From positions 1 to 34,423 of IMG/VR virus record IMGVR_UViG_3300025084_000103: a DNA stretch of 34,423 nucleotides, one strand, 5' to 3'. The notes beneath the pieces were generated by a model. The model made no database searches and was not told the DNA's origin. It saw nothing but the letters and a program-made list of their open reading frames with translations. The DNA is from a virus (taxonomy: Duplodnaviria; Caudoviricetes). The translations under genes and the position numbers were made by a program. Of this stretch, positions 15,772-27,164 are shown piece by piece (position 1 is the first letter of the stretch; every line of letters starts with the position of its first letter).

Positions 15772-16934
15772 TGAGTTTTAATAAATTAAGAGAATTAACT
15801 AACAGGTTTGAACAAAAATGGATAAACGGTGGCTTTATCTTTGGTTACGAGAACGAAATCAACGAAAACCACAACAACGACTACCCATTATTGTTAGTCT
15901 TACCACCAACATCGGTGCTTCCCACAACCGAAGGAGATGTTCAGGAAGAATACTCCTATGAGTGTCTAATAGTAAAACCATATCATCAGAACCACGCAGG
16001 TTCTCTTGATAGCGTGTTCACACTACTAGAGCAAGAAGCGTTAGGTTGGCTACAAAGAGTTTTAGACAGTTACGCAAATAAAGAAGTAATATTAAGTCCT
16101 GACAGTATATCTGTTGAACGAGAAAAAGAATTATATAACGACAAGTTGATACAAGTCAGACTTAGTTTTACTCTTAATGCGTTTTCACACTCATTTACAT
16201 TTACAGATGAGTCGTCTATAACTAATCTAAGTCCTTTGGTATGGCTTCGTAGCGATATGGGTGTTAAGACCTCGTTTAGTGGTGGCAACGAAGTTGTAAG
16301 CAAGTGGATAGACCAAAGTGGTAACGGAAATCACTTTGAACAAGCCACAGCAATAAAGATGCCACAATTCAAGTATGAGATAACGGAAAACAACTATCCT
16401 TACCTTCTTTTTGATGGTACTAACGATTTTATGACCTGTGTAAACGGTGGAATAAACTCAGGTAGTGGAATACCAAAAGACCATACAATAGCTTGGGTGG
16501 CTAAGGGCGATAGTCAAGAAGGCTACCTTCTAGCTAAGAATGATGGTATTGCAAACACAAGGCAATTCTATATAGACATTAATGCAAGTAATTTTTGGCA
16601 AACAAACTATGAAGATGACGATGGAGATGATGCTAGTGTAAATAGTGGTAGCACACACTCGTCAAACACTTTGTCTGTTTTTGTGGCAACATTTAATAAT
16701 AAGACAACTAAGATATACAAAGATACGACAATGATAGATAGTGAAACAGCACCTTCTTTTGACAGCTTCTCAGACTATGGCTCAAACAGAAAACTAACAT
16801 TGGGTGCTTCTTCTTCATTAACTGCTAGATTTTTCAAAGGCTCTATGCAGGAGATAATAATATTTGGAAGTGCCTTTGAAGATGGAAAGATAAAAGAATT
16901 AACAGACTACCTAAAACATAAATACAGTATATAA
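15771..16934 (+). CDS. Tail completion-like protein fused to LamG-like domain
   Basis: N-terminal DYPLLLV domain; C-terminal VWLRSD..WIDQSGNGNH..FDGTND..MQEIIIF..YLKHKY. Confidence 0.6.
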   Translation: MSFNKLRELTNRFEQKWINGGFIFGYENEINENHNNDYPLLLVLPPTSVLPTTEGDVQEEYSYECLIVKPYHQNHAGSLDSVFTLLEQEALGWLQRVLDSYANKEVILSPDSISVEREKELYNDKLIQVRLSFTLNAFSHSFTFTDESSITNLSPLVWLRSDMGVKTSFSGGNEVVSKWIDQSGNGNHFEQATAIKMPQFKYEITENNYPYLLFDGTNDFMTCVNGGINSGSGIPKDHTIAWVAKGDSQEGYLLAKNDGIANTRQFYIDINASNFWQTNYEDDDGDDASVNSGSTHSSNTLSVFVATFNNKTTKIYKDTTMIDSETAPSFDSFSDYGSNRKLTLGASSSLTARFFKGSMQEIIIFGSAFEDGKIKELTDYLKHKYSI

Positions 16935-19216
16935 TGGCAGTAACACAAATAATTATTGACCAACCAATAACAAATGCTTTAATATCTGCATACGAGCCTA
17001 TAAAACTAACATCAAGGCTTCAAGGAGCAGAGTTAGGAGATTATAAAAGTGTTCAGTTTATTATAACACCTAGAAACTCTAGGACTAACGATTATGAATA
17101 CGAAAATCAAACATTTATTAGGGTTCAGCCAAGTACATACATACATAATTGGGGTGCTACTGCAACAGCTAACGATGGCACATACAAATACTTTAGCTTA
17201 GATGTAAGCAGTATGTGTAGGGATTACCTCTCGTATGATTTAAGAGCTTGTACTCACGACACTACCGATAAGGTTCAAAGAGATATAACTCAGTCAATGC
17301 CCTCTTATAATATGTTTAAGGAGTTTAGTGTTCGTATGCGACCTGAGTATGTAAATTCTAGTGGTCAGCTTACCACAGATACTAGTTTAGACATAACACA
17401 TAATTTTTTCGTTGCTAATGTAGCTTTATCTCACGAAGAACAACACAGCTTGGTATTGTCTAATGCAATGTCAGGAAGCACAGCTAGCGAAGAACAAAAT
17501 GATTCTCTATCAAAAGCATTTACTTTTAGTAAAGATAACGCTAATGAAAGGGTTAGGTGTCTTACACTAAAGCCTAACTACAAGATAATAGGAACTGACG
17601 AGTGCGAATACTTGAGTGCTATTATGGATAAGGGAGATGGTACAGATTATCCTTATGCTCAGATTAGGATTTATTTTAAAGATGGAAGCCTTCTTACAAA
17701 TGGGTTGGGTCAAACATTATCTTTGGTTTTAAACAGCTCTGCTAGGGGAGATGGCAATTATAGTGCTTCAGGTGGTGTTTTTCATTGGGGAGGAAGCACT
17801 AGCACAAACGACTTTAATTCAAACAAGCCTGAGCTTGGTGTGTTTCAGATTGGCGTTGGAACAAGAAATATAAGAGAAGCAATAGTTGGTTGGACTAATA
17901 CCACTAATGATAACCTTCCAAAATTTGGAGATTGGTCTAATGTTGAATACTATACAGTTCAGTTTTACACATCAGCAGAAACTAGAGAAATAGGTCAAAT
18001 GATGTACTACTATATAGACCACAAGTCGGAAGATAAAAAATATTTTGGTCAATCTGTAAGGTTTCATTGGCAAAACAGGTTAGGTGGTATTGATAGCTAC
18101 ACTTTTGATGGAACAGCTACTGAGGGAATAAATGTTTCTTCAAAAACTTACGAGCAGACTATATATCCTGACTTTCAAAGTCAATTAGGACAACCAAGTT
18201 CAAGTGATAGTATTTGGCAGGGTAATCTACCTAATGTTAAGAATAATTACGGTGCTTTAGTCCCTAGAGTTGGTGGATTGACCTCAGATGAATATAGGGG
18301 GGTGTCTAAATCCGTTGTAAAAGCCTTTAGAGAGGGTCAGGCAGTATCACGACCTTATCCAAGACAAGAACAAGCTATGATGGAAGATTTACTGTCATCT
18401 CCTAATGTATGGGTAGAAAGAGGTTGGAGAGGAAAAGAGGTCTTTAGGGATAACTTCGATGACCTCACAGCTTTACAAGCTGATTGGACTACGTATTCAG
18501 GAACGTATATTTACGAGGGTGGTAATACAGACCAAATAACAACTTCAAACGGACATACAGCAGGTACAGGTGCTTATTTAAAAGGCGATAATGATATTAG
18601 TGGTGGCGACCCTGCCGATGACGTTTGGGCGATTGCTAAAGCCAAGAAGTTTCCATACGACCCAAATAAAATATATGAGGTTGAGGTAAGAATAAAAGTT
18701 CAGTATCAAGATGCTGCTGCTACAAACTATATTGGATTAGGAGGTATTGCAGCAGACGGAACGACATTAGTAAACACAAGTGGTGCAAATGCCCATAGCT
18801 CTCAGCACTACATTACGCTAAATGGCTACGACCAAGATACTGATAACGAATGGGAGGTACACAGAGGGTATATAACAGGTAGGTTGGCAGAGGGTTCTTC
18901 AACATCAGAGTCTTTTCAAGGGCAGTCCAACGACCCTAAAGACCCTGCTAACGCACACGCAGATGTTGAGTTTTTTGCACCACTAATACTTTTACAATTT
19001 GATTCAAAAGCAGGTAGAACTATGATTGACTATATTGTGGTTAGGGAGTATGAGAGTGATTTGCCGACAGCAGGTGGTTGGTATAGCACATTAAACAGAC
19101 ACTACTATGTTCCTGTAAACATAAAAGATGCTACTACTACAAGTTTTGATAGTGAGAATCAATCTACTATGACCGTAAACTATGTTGAAAGTAAAGAGAA
19201 AAGAACTATAAAATAA
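16934..19216 (+). CDS. Virion structural/tail protein
   Basis: 760 aa; WQNRLGGIDSYTF and EDLLSSPNVW motifs; tail module. Confidence 0.65.
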   Translation: MAVTQIIIDQPITNALISAYEPIKLTSRLQGAELGDYKSVQFIITPRNSRTNDYEYENQTFIRVQPSTYIHNWGATATANDGTYKYFSLDVSSMCRDYLSYDLRACTHDTTDKVQRDITQSMPSYNMFKEFSVRMRPEYVNSSGQLTTDTSLDITHNFFVANVALSHEEQHSLVLSNAMSGSTASEEQNDSLSKAFTFSKDNANERVRCLTLKPNYKIIGTDECEYLSAIMDKGDGTDYPYAQIRIYFKDGSLLTNGLGQTLSLVLNSSARGDGNYSASGGVFHWGGSTSTNDFNSNKPELGVFQIGVGTRNIREAIVGWTNTTNDNLPKFGDWSNVEYYTVQFYTSAETREIGQMMYYYIDHKSEDKKYFGQSVRFHWQNRLGGIDSYTFDGTATEGINVSSKTYEQTIYPDFQSQLGQPSSSDSIWQGNLPNVKNNYGALVPRVGGLTSDEYRGVSKSVVKAFREGQAVSRPYPRQEQAMMEDLLSSPNVWVERGWRGKEVFRDNFDDLTALQADWTTYSGTYIYEGGNTDQITTSNGHTAGTGAYLKGDNDISGGDPADDVWAIAKAKKFPYDPNKIYEVEVRIKVQYQDAAATNYIGLGGIAADGTTLVNTSGANAHSSQHYITLNGYDQDTDNEWEVHRGYITGRLAEGSSTSESFQGQSNDPKDPANAHADVEFFAPLILLQFDSKAGRTMIDYIVVREYESDLPTAGGWYSTLNRHYYVPVNIKDATTTSFDSENQSTMTVNYVESKEKRTIK

Positions 19217-21798
19217 TGGCTGAAATAAGAATAGAGTTAAGAGATTTTGACAAAAATACATTGGGCGACCTTGATATTACTTCAAGCGATGAGTTCCCTT
19301 TATCTTTAACTTATCAAAATTTTGACATTAGAGATTTTAACTCAAGAAACGGTGGCTTTAGTAAAACCTTTAAAGTTCCTGCAACAAAGAGAAACAACAA
19401 GCTGCTAAACCATATTTATCAAGACGGTAATATAGATAAAAAAAATGTTAGGGGTTCTTTGCCTTCAACAATATATTCTGATAACATTCCGATAGTTTCA
19501 GGAACGCTGAAAATAACAAAAATTCTTAAAGGAAAAGACCCTTTGGAGTATGAGTGTAATTTTCTTTCAGACAATATGGATTGGGCATCTAAGATAAAAA
19601 ACAAAGACCTCAAAGAGCTTACATTTGATAATACAAGTGGTGGTGGAAACACAGGTTATGTTTTTGAGAATATGCAAGGTCTTTCAGGTAACGCTAGAGA
19701 TGCTGCAACATTTAATGCCGACTCTGACAAACCATTATTTCCTTTGCTATCTGTTGGAGAGGGTGTTAGCTCTAGGAATCAGGTAACAGATGCAGACTTT
19801 GTTCCTTGCCTTTATGTAAAAAATATTTGGGATAAGATATTTGAGGGAGAGGGGTATGTAGTTGATAGTGAGTTTTGCAATAGCGAATACTTTAAATCAT
19901 TGATAGTTCCACTTAACTTTGAAAAGCAATCAGAACTTATAAATGATAAGTACGGAAAGATAGAAAAAAATGATGGATATACAAAGGCAGCACACTATTT
20001 TCACGATAGTAACCCTGCTATTTCAACCGTTCCTCATATAGGGTATAACGCCATTGAAGTAAGTCGTAGGTGGGGTTACTTAACAGATAATACCAATGTT
20101 GCAGCAAGATACCCTTTTAGTGGTAATTTTGCTTTAGACGACTCCCCACTACCTAGTAGCACATCAACAGGAAATGTTCAGACAGGTGGTAATACACACC
20201 CTACTTTAAATTCACATACAATGTTGGTTATAAACGAAACAGGAACTCATACAATAGACTTTAATATAGACTTTCGTCATTACAGGGATAGTGGTGCTAG
20301 TAGTGGCTCTATGACATACAAGCTAAGGGGAGAGATTTGGGAGGTTGATAATGACCTTGACCAAGATATAAATTCTTTTTATCAGGCAGTAGAAGATAGC
20401 AATAACGGAAACAACACAAACCCAAACATAATAAGAAAATGGGATAGTGGAACTATAACTCACGTTAAAAATGGCGACCACGATTCTGTTGAGAACTTTA
20501 ATGATGAAGTAGAAATTGATTCAACAGAAGTTGGTAGAAAATTTATATTTACAGTTTCTGTTAGAATGGTGGATTATGCAGCTTTTGATGGTGGACACGT
20601 TAAATTTGGTTATAAAAATGGCACTATGGAGATTAAAGGTAATGACACTATTAATGTAGGGGAGGACTACTCTCCTGTTCAGTTCCTTTTACCAAAGGGT
20701 AAGCAGTCTGATTTTGTATCAGGAATATCTCAAATGTTTAATCTTCAATTCTTTACCGATTCTAAATCAAAGATAGTAAAGGTTGAGCCTTACGATTATT
20801 TTTATCAAGACTACACAAAAGCTAGAGATTGGACTTCTAAAATAGACTATTCAAAGCCTATTGAAGATGAGTTTATAAACGATATAAAGTCAGAGCTAAT
20901 AATAAAATATAAAGATGCTTCAGGAGATGCTTTTTTAGAAAGATTTAACAAGAAAAATGATACTGATTGGGGTTCTTACAGAGAGCTAAATGACGATGGA
21001 GTTTTTGCAGACGGAACATACAAGGTTGAGAATAAATACTTTTCTCCTTCTTTTAATTGGTACGAGGGGGATTATATTGACCAAGATGTTGGTCATTCAT
21101 TTACAAGACGACCTTTTATTCCTGTTTATCACACAAAGTTTACAAACATAGATTCTAAACGGAGTGTAGAAAGAGCTGAGAAAGAATTTAACATAGGTGC
21201 TAGGGTATTAATAACGCTTCCTGTTTATTCAGGTGCTAATCAATATTTGAGTAGTCAGTCAGGTATAAGAACAGGGTACTCCTACAACAATAATGGAGAA
21301 GCTGTTGCTTCTAACGCTTTTCAGACTGATTTTTGTAGAGCTAACTTTTTTCACTTGGATAGTGCTAAAAATAGTGCAGACAACAACGATACATTTGATT
21401 CTTTTGTGCAGTTAGATGCAGGAACTTACAATGGCTCTACATTGTCGTTAGACCCTAACCTGTCTTTTAATAATATCACTTACGATTTTTCAGGTCAAGG
21501 AAGTCAAACGCATATTGGTTTGTATCAGTCTTTTTACTCTAAAATGGTTGGGCAGCTAAAACAAAAACCTAGAATAAAAACAATATATCTTAATTTAAGT
21601 AATACGGATATGGCTATTCTTGACTTTACAAGACTTGTTTTTATAGATGGTAATTATTACAGGATAAACAAGATAATTGATTTTAAACCACACCTAAAGC
21701 AAAGCACAAAGGTTGAGCTTGTAGAGTATCTTGATTTGGGTAAAAAAGAGGTTAGCTCTACTTTAGTTATGAACATTTCAGATTCGTTAAATTTATAA
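19216..21798 (+). CDS. Tail tip/structural protein
   Basis: 860 aa; FSKTFKVPAT N-terminus, MFNLQF..VEPYD, IDGNYYRINKI..TKVEL C-terminus. Confidence 0.7.
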   Translation: MAEIRIELRDFDKNTLGDLDITSSDEFPLSLTYQNFDIRDFNSRNGGFSKTFKVPATKRNNKLLNHIYQDGNIDKKNVRGSLPSTIYSDNIPIVSGTLKITKILKGKDPLEYECNFLSDNMDWASKIKNKDLKELTFDNTSGGGNTGYVFENMQGLSGNARDAATFNADSDKPLFPLLSVGEGVSSRNQVTDADFVPCLYVKNIWDKIFEGEGYVVDSEFCNSEYFKSLIVPLNFEKQSELINDKYGKIEKNDGYTKAAHYFHDSNPAISTVPHIGYNAIEVSRRWGYLTDNTNVAARYPFSGNFALDDSPLPSSTSTGNVQTGGNTHPTLNSHTMLVINETGTHTIDFNIDFRHYRDSGASSGSMTYKLRGEIWEVDNDLDQDINSFYQAVEDSNNGNNTNPNIIRKWDSGTITHVKNGDHDSVENFNDEVEIDSTEVGRKFIFTVSVRMVDYAAFDGGHVKFGYKNGTMEIKGNDTINVGEDYSPVQFLLPKGKQSDFVSGISQMFNLQFFTDSKSKIVKVEPYDYFYQDYTKARDWTSKIDYSKPIEDEFINDIKSELIIKYKDASGDAFLERFNKKNDTDWGSYRELNDDGVFADGTYKVENKYFSPSFNWYEGDYIDQDVGHSFTRRPFIPVYHTKFTNIDSKRSVERAEKEFNIGARVLITLPVYSGANQYLSSQSGIRTGYSYNNNGEAVASNAFQTDFCRANFFHLDSAKNSADNNDTFDSFVQLDAGTYNGSTLSLDPNLSFNNITYDFSGQGSQTHIGLYQSFYSKMVGQLKQKPRIKTIYLNLSNTDMAILDFTRLVFIDGNYYRINKIIDFKPHLKQSTKVELVEYLDLGKKEVSSTLVMNISDSLNL

Positions 21799-22760
21799 TG
21801 TCAAAAATATATAAAAAACAAAGAGAAGATTCTTTATCAAAGTATGTTTATTGTACTGTTGATGGTGCGTTGGTAAAAGTTGTTTACAAGTCAGGAGAGG
21901 GGTATAATGATAGTGGAAGCACATACTCAAATTATTCTGACTTAAAAATAACAAATAGTTATAGGGTTGGAATACAAGATTCGCTTAAAGCAACATCTAA
22001 AACACAAACCGTATTTACGGAAGAAGAAGAAGTTACAACAACAACTCCACAGTCAGGAACAGTAACAACAAAGACAACAACAAAGATAAACCCTGTTTGC
22101 ATATTCAATTACAACCATAAGGTTTATTCAAGTGGTGGGTCTGTTTCTAAATGGGCAAGTAGCTATGATTCATTTGCTTTTTCTCAATCCACATCTGCTA
22201 ATATGCCTAGTTTAGGAAAATATGGTAAAGGTGTTAGCAATCAATCTCCCATTTATTTTAGCTTATACAATAGTAGTTTTATGTCATTAAACTCTGCTGT
22301 TACACTTTCAGGAGATTTTACAATGTTCTTTTATGTTAGTATAATAGGACACCCTGTAAATAAGTATATGAGATTCTTGGGTAAGTCTGACGATAATGAT
22401 ATGTTTTTGTCGGCAGGAGATGCAAGTAACAAGAGCTATATAATGAAGTTTGACTCATCTAACACCGTTCAATTTGATTCATCTACATATTATTACACCC
22501 CATCATCAAATCCATTGCTAATATCTGTTGTAAGAAAAAAAGACCAATTAACAATAAGAGAAAATGGTGTTGAGGTAGGAACACAAACTTGCCCTACAAG
22601 TGATTTTGTTTTCGACCAATTTGGAAGAACAGGAAATATAGATTTATCATTTAATGGTGGGGTATGGCACTTTTCTGCTTATGACGGTGCTATGAATAAA
22701 AGCCTAACTAAAGTAGAAAATTCAATTATTAAATTAGCATCACAATCTAAATCGGTATAA
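21798..22760 (+). CDS. LamG-like structural protein
   Basis: Beta-rich C-terminal domain (LSGDFTMFF..IRENG..) after a Thr-rich linker. Confidence 0.55.
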   Translation: MSKIYKKQREDSLSKYVYCTVDGALVKVVYKSGEGYNDSGSTYSNYSDLKITNSYRVGIQDSLKATSKTQTVFTEEEEVTTTTPQSGTVTTKTTTKINPVCIFNYNHKVYSSGGSVSKWASSYDSFAFSQSTSANMPSLGKYGKGVSNQSPIYFSLYNSSFMSLNSAVTLSGDFTMFFYVSIIGHPVNKYMRFLGKSDDNDMFLSAGDASNKSYIMKFDSSNTVQFDSSTYYYTPSSNPLLISVVRKKDQLTIRENGVEVGTQTCPTSDFVFDQFGRTGNIDLSFNGGVWHFSAYDGAMNKSLTKVENSIIKLASQSKSV

Positions 22761-23254
22761 TGAAAATACAAGAACAAATAGGCAGAGAGCTAGATGAAAT
22801 AGGAAGAACTCTTGTTAAAAGATTTCGTAAGGAGTTGGTAAATCAAGGGCATATTGCAACAGGTAAGCTACACGACACAACAAAACATAAGGTCGTTTTT
22901 AAGGGTGGAGAAGCAAGTATTAGTATAACATCAAAGACAAACTATTCAAAGGCTGTAAACGATGGTACAAAACCTCATACACCCAACCTAGATGCTATAC
23001 TTGATTGGATAGATGATAAAAAGATTTCATACTCAAACGAAAATGAAAAGCATCAGATAGCAGCAGCTATTATTGCTCGTATTGAAATAGAAGGTACTCC
23101 TACAAAAGGTAGCAACCAATACTCTAACAACGGATATAGAAAAGGATATATAAATCGTGTTGTAGGATTTAGTAAGAAGGGAATAAAGAATCAACTTCAG
23201 AAGAAGTTTGGAGATATAATAAAAACAGAATTTAGAAAAGCAACTAAGAAATAA
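22760..23254 (+). CDS. HK97 gp10-like neck/tail protein
   Basis: ATGKL..Y...VNDGTKPHTP..I..W pattern. Confidence 0.6.
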   Translation: MKIQEQIGRELDEIGRTLVKRFRKELVNQGHIATGKLHDTTKHKVVFKGGEASISITSKTNYSKAVNDGTKPHTPNLDAILDWIDDKKISYSNENEKHQIAAAIIARIEIEGTPTKGSNQYSNNGYRKGYINRVVGFSKKGIKNQLQKKFGDIIKTEFRKATKK

Positions 23255-26200
23255 TGGCAGGAGAAAATTTAGATTTTAAAGTACGAGTATTAGGTATTAA
23301 AGAGCTTGTTGAATTAAACAATCAAATACAAGCCACCTCTAAGGAGTTAAAGGAAAAGAAGAAAGCTCTAAAGACAGACAAAGAAGGTCAGCAGGAAAAT
23401 ATGAAGTCCGTTCTTCAGCTTACAGACACTTTAAAAAAGCAAAGAAAAGAGTTTAGAGAAGGAACTAAACAGCAGCAAAAAGTTCAACAAGAAACCAAAA
23501 AGACCACTAGCTTTACTATGAAGATGGCTACTGCTTTTGGGGTTGCTCAACTAGCTGTTAATGGTTTTCAAAAAGTTGTAGGCTTCCTTGCTAATCAAAT
23601 GAAAGACGGTATAAATGTCTTTAAGGAGTTTGATTTTCAAATGCAGAAGGTTAGAGCTATTAGTGGTGCAACTGACTTGGAGTTTAAAAGACTAAAAGAA
23701 TCTGCTGAAGCATTAGGTAGAACAACATTCTTTACTGCAACACAGGTAGCCGAGCTGCAAACAAACCTGTCTAAACTAGGTTTTACTGCCGAAGAAATAC
23801 TACAAGCACAGGGTGCAACATTAGCAACTGCTACTGCAACAGGAGAGAACCTAGCAAGAACAGCAACGGTAATGGGTTCTGCTATACGAGGTTTTGGTCT
23901 TGATGCAAGTGAAGCAACAAGAGTTGCAGATGTTATGGCATCTGCCTTTACAAGTTCTGCACTAGATATTGAGAAGTTTCAAACATCAATGACAAAGGTT
24001 GCACCTATTGCAAAGATGGCAGGTTTTGAAATTGAAGGTACAACAGCGATATTAGCTTCCCTTACAGATGCAGGTATCGAAGCATCTATTGCAGGTACTT
24101 CTTTAAGAAACATATTATTAAGACTAGCAGACCCAACATCAAAACTTTCTAAAAGATTAGGTGGCTCTGTAAAGTCTGTTGATGAGCTTTTACCAAGACT
24201 AAAAGCTATGAAAGATGAGGGTATTGCTCTTTCTGATGTTTTAGGTATTACGGACAGAAGAACTGCTGCTGCTTTTGGTAGAATGTTAGATAGTGCAGAT
24301 GGTGTGGCTATCCTAACAAAGCAACTAAGAAACTCTGAGGGTGCAGCAGAAGCTATGGCTGAAATTGTAGGAGATAGCTTACAAGGTGCTATGCTTCGTT
24401 TTAAGTCAGCAACAGACGGACTGAAGATTGCTTTAGTTGATTTGTTTGGAGAAAACTTACAAAAAAGATTTGATTCTTTTGCTAAGTTCTTTAATAATTT
24501 AGCTAGTGAAAAAAGCATAAAAAGAATATCAAAGGTTGCAAAAACCATAAGCACTTTAGTAAAAGCAATATTGCTTTACACTATTGGTGTTAAGGCTGCT
24601 TCTCTTGCAACTCTTGCTTGGACTAAAGGAAGTCTTTTTCTATATAATACTGCTATAAACTTAGCTTTTGGTGGAACTGTTAGATTAACAGGTGCTGTTA
24701 ATTTATTTAGAACAGCTCTCATTAAAACAGGTATAGGTGCTTTTGTTGTTCTTATAGGTACTGCTATTGCAGGTATGATTAAGTATGCAGGTGGGTTGGA
24801 ACAAGCTGAGAGTTGGACTTCAAAACTTACAAAGGCAACTAAAACTAGCAATGAAGGAATAGTTGAAGCTCAAACCAATCTTAAATCTTTAGCTAGAACT
24901 AGAGAAAGAATAAATGAGCTTACAGATAAAGAAGGGAAGTTATTAAATGACAACGCTTCAACAAGAAAAATACTTGACGGACTAAGAAAAAAAGAAAAGT
25001 CTGAAATAGCATCTCTCAATAAGTTGTTAAACACTCATAACCTAGAGCTTATAGATGAAAAAGACAATATAGATAAAATCACAGAAGCTATATCAGGTAG
25101 TGGTGGTCTTATTGATGCTATGACAAATAAAATGCTAGTAGAAGCATTTGGCGACCTCAACAAAGAGCTTATAAGTATGACTGTTCAGTCTGATATGATA
25201 CAAGAAGCTTTAGGAGAGAATTTTCAGCTAGACCCTAAAAGGATAGCAGAAATGAAAAAGGAACTTGAGGAAATGAGTTCTTTCAGGCAATGGCTAACAC
25301 AAGATGTCGGTGGTACTGTTTATGATTTTATATTAGGAATGTTTGGCTCAGGAACAGAACAAGAGCTTTTTGCAGATGTTGATATGTTAGATGCTTTATT
25401 AGAGCAGTCAGGATTAACCCTTCAACAATTTTTAGATACATTAGAAGATGGCTACTTTGAAAAAGAGCAACAAAAAATAATGGATTTAATTTTAAAAAAA
25501 GGGGAATCAACAAGTCTTTCTATCGGAGATTTATTCTCAACAGGGAAGAAGGGTTCAGGCGATGACCCTAACATAAAGGCTGTTACTGCTCAAATAGAAG
25601 AAGAAGCTCAAAGACATTCTAAGGCACTACTTGATATAGGTAATGAATCATACAAGTTTGAAAGTGATAGAAACATACTTCAGTTAGAAGAAGAAATAAA
25701 ACATCTTGAAACTATGAAACTCCTTAATATGAAGATGGGAGAAGATGGTCTTAAAGAGGATTTAAAAATACAGAAAAAGCGTGATAAACTTTTAAAAGAA
25801 ACTAACAAGCTAAAACTAGATGCTTTAAAACAAGAAAAAGAAGATAGAAAGCTTCAGATTGACGAGGACTTTACTAATGAGCTTATGACTGAGCTTCAAC
25901 ACAAACAAGCGTTGCTTGATTTAGAAGCGTGGTTCTTAGGTCAGAAGGGAGAGTTGATTGCACAAGATTTCCAAGCATATTTAGAAAATCAAAATGCTCA
26001 AAGGCAATTAGATATAGATGCAATAGAATTAGAAAAACAAGCAAATCAAGAAAGAATACAGGCTGTTGATGATTTAGGTTCTTCTATGTCTGAGCTTGGT
26101 AATATTATGGGAGAAAACCACGTTCTTACAAAGATAGGGACTAAGTTATCACAAGCTGCTGCTGTTGCTAAAAATATAGAAACATTAAGAACAATACTGC

Positions 26201-26778
26201 AAACAAAAGCAGATGAAGCAGGAACAACAACATCATTGGTAAAGATGGGTGCAAATGCAGGGGAAGGGGTAACCAAACAGGCAGCAAGACCATTCCCTGA
26301 AAACATAGCTGCTATGGCTGCAACTTTAGCTGTTGTGGTTTCTGTACTATCTATGTTTGGTGGAGGTATGGGTGGAGGAGATTCTAAAACTGTAACAGAA
26401 GGTGGCAAGTTTGCTAATGGTGGTCTTACTAAAGGTGGAATGTTTAGAGGTAACTCTCACGCTAACGGTGGTGTAAAGTTTGCAGTAGGTGGTAGAATAC
26501 ACGAAGCAGAAGGTGGAGAAGCTATTATAAACAAGCGTTCAACATCTATGTTCAAGCCTGTTCTTTCTGCTATAAACTCCTACAATGGAAACGGAGTAAA
26601 GTTTGCTGATGGTGGACTTCTGAATAGTGGAGAAAAGTTTGCTAGAGGTGGTCAGTTGGCTGATATTCAAGGTATGATTTCTCAACAGCAAACATCTCAA
26701 AGAGTTATAATGGTTGAGAGTGATGTAACAAAAACACAAGGTAAAGTATCTGCTATTGAAAGTCAGGCTACTTTTTAG
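23254..26778 (+). CDS. Tape measure protein (TP901-like core)
   Basis: 1174 aa helical; FDFQMQKVRAISGAT, GRTTFFTA, GIEASIAGTSLRNIL. Confidence 0.93.
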   Translation: MAGENLDFKVRVLGIKELVELNNQIQATSKELKEKKKALKTDKEGQQENMKSVLQLTDTLKKQRKEFREGTKQQQKVQQETKKTTSFTMKMATAFGVAQLAVNGFQKVVGFLANQMKDGINVFKEFDFQMQKVRAISGATDLEFKRLKESAEALGRTTFFTATQVAELQTNLSKLGFTAEEILQAQGATLATATATGENLARTATVMGSAIRGFGLDASEATRVADVMASAFTSSALDIEKFQTSMTKVAPIAKMAGFEIEGTTAILASLTDAGIEASIAGTSLRNILLRLADPTSKLSKRLGGSVKSVDELLPRLKAMKDEGIALSDVLGITDRRTAAAFGRMLDSADGVAILTKQLRNSEGAAEAMAEIVGDSLQGAMLRFKSATDGLKIALVDLFGENLQKRFDSFAKFFNNLASEKSIKRISKVAKTISTLVKAILLYTIGVKAASLATLAWTKGSLFLYNTAINLAFGGTVRLTGAVNLFRTALIKTGIGAFVVLIGTAIAGMIKYAGGLEQAESWTSKLTKATKTSNEGIVEAQTNLKSLARTRERINELTDKEGKLLNDNASTRKILDGLRKKEKSEIASLNKLLNTHNLELIDEKDNIDKITEAISGSGGLIDAMTNKMLVEAFGDLNKELISMTVQSDMIQEALGENFQLDPKRIAEMKKELEEMSSFRQWLTQDVGGTVYDFILGMFGSGTEQELFADVDMLDALLEQSGLTLQQFLDTLEDGYFEKEQQKIMDLILKKGESTSLSIGDLFSTGKKGSGDDPNIKAVTAQIEEEAQRHSKALLDIGNESYKFESDRNILQLEEEIKHLETMKLLNMKMGEDGLKEDLKIQKKRDKLLKETNKLKLDALKQEKEDRKLQIDEDFTNELMTELQHKQALLDLEAWFLGQKGELIAQDFQAYLENQNAQRQLDIDAIELEKQANQERIQAVDDLGSSMSELGNIMGENHVLTKIGTKLSQAAAVAKNIETLRTILQTKADEAGTTTSLVKMGANAGEGVTKQAARPFPENIAAMAATLAVVVSVLSMFGGGMGGGDSKTVTEGGKFANGGLTKGGMFRGNSHANGGVKFAVGGRIHEAEGGEAIINKRSTSMFKPVLSAINSYNGNGVKFADGGLLNSGEKFARGGQLADIQGMISQQQTSQRVIMVESDVTKTQGKVSAIESQATF

Positions 26779-26790
26779 TATATTTGAACT

Positions 26791-27111
26791 ATGGCTATAA
26801 GACAAAATAAACAAGAGGTGGTTGATGAGTTTTTAGAATTAATGTATAAAGAGATTAGGTCTAAGTATTCTGATGATGCAGGTATAAAGAATGTTGTGTT
26901 TCACTTGATTGAAAAAGGTCTTGTAGAGCCTAAAAGGTTAAGAAACTATATGATTATATCTGACTTTCACAAAATACTAAAAGAAAACTTAGGACACAGC
27001 ACACATACATTTATGGACTTGTCTATTAAGTATGATGTTTCAGATAGGACTTGTCAGAATGTAGTATATAAAGAAAGCAAGAAAAGCAAAAGAATAAACA
27101 ATATAAGATAA
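26791..27111 (+). CDS. Mor/C-like transcription regulator
   Basis: RNYMIISDF...LSIKYDVSDRTCQNVVY HTH pattern; own TATATTTG at 26779. Confidence 0.5.
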   Translation: MAIRQNKQEVVDEFLELMYKEIRSKYSDDAGIKNVVFHLIEKGLVEPKRLRNYMIISDFHKILKENLGHSTHTFMDLSIKYDVSDRTCQNVVYKESKKSKRINNIR

Positions 27112-27164
27112 GTATTGTAAACTTTTTCGCATATAGCGAAATAACTAATAATATATTTGTGGTT

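Noticed and set aside
26404-26652. Four KFAxGG repeats in the tape measure C-terminus
   Set aside because: Common feature of tape measure C-termini; not distinctive
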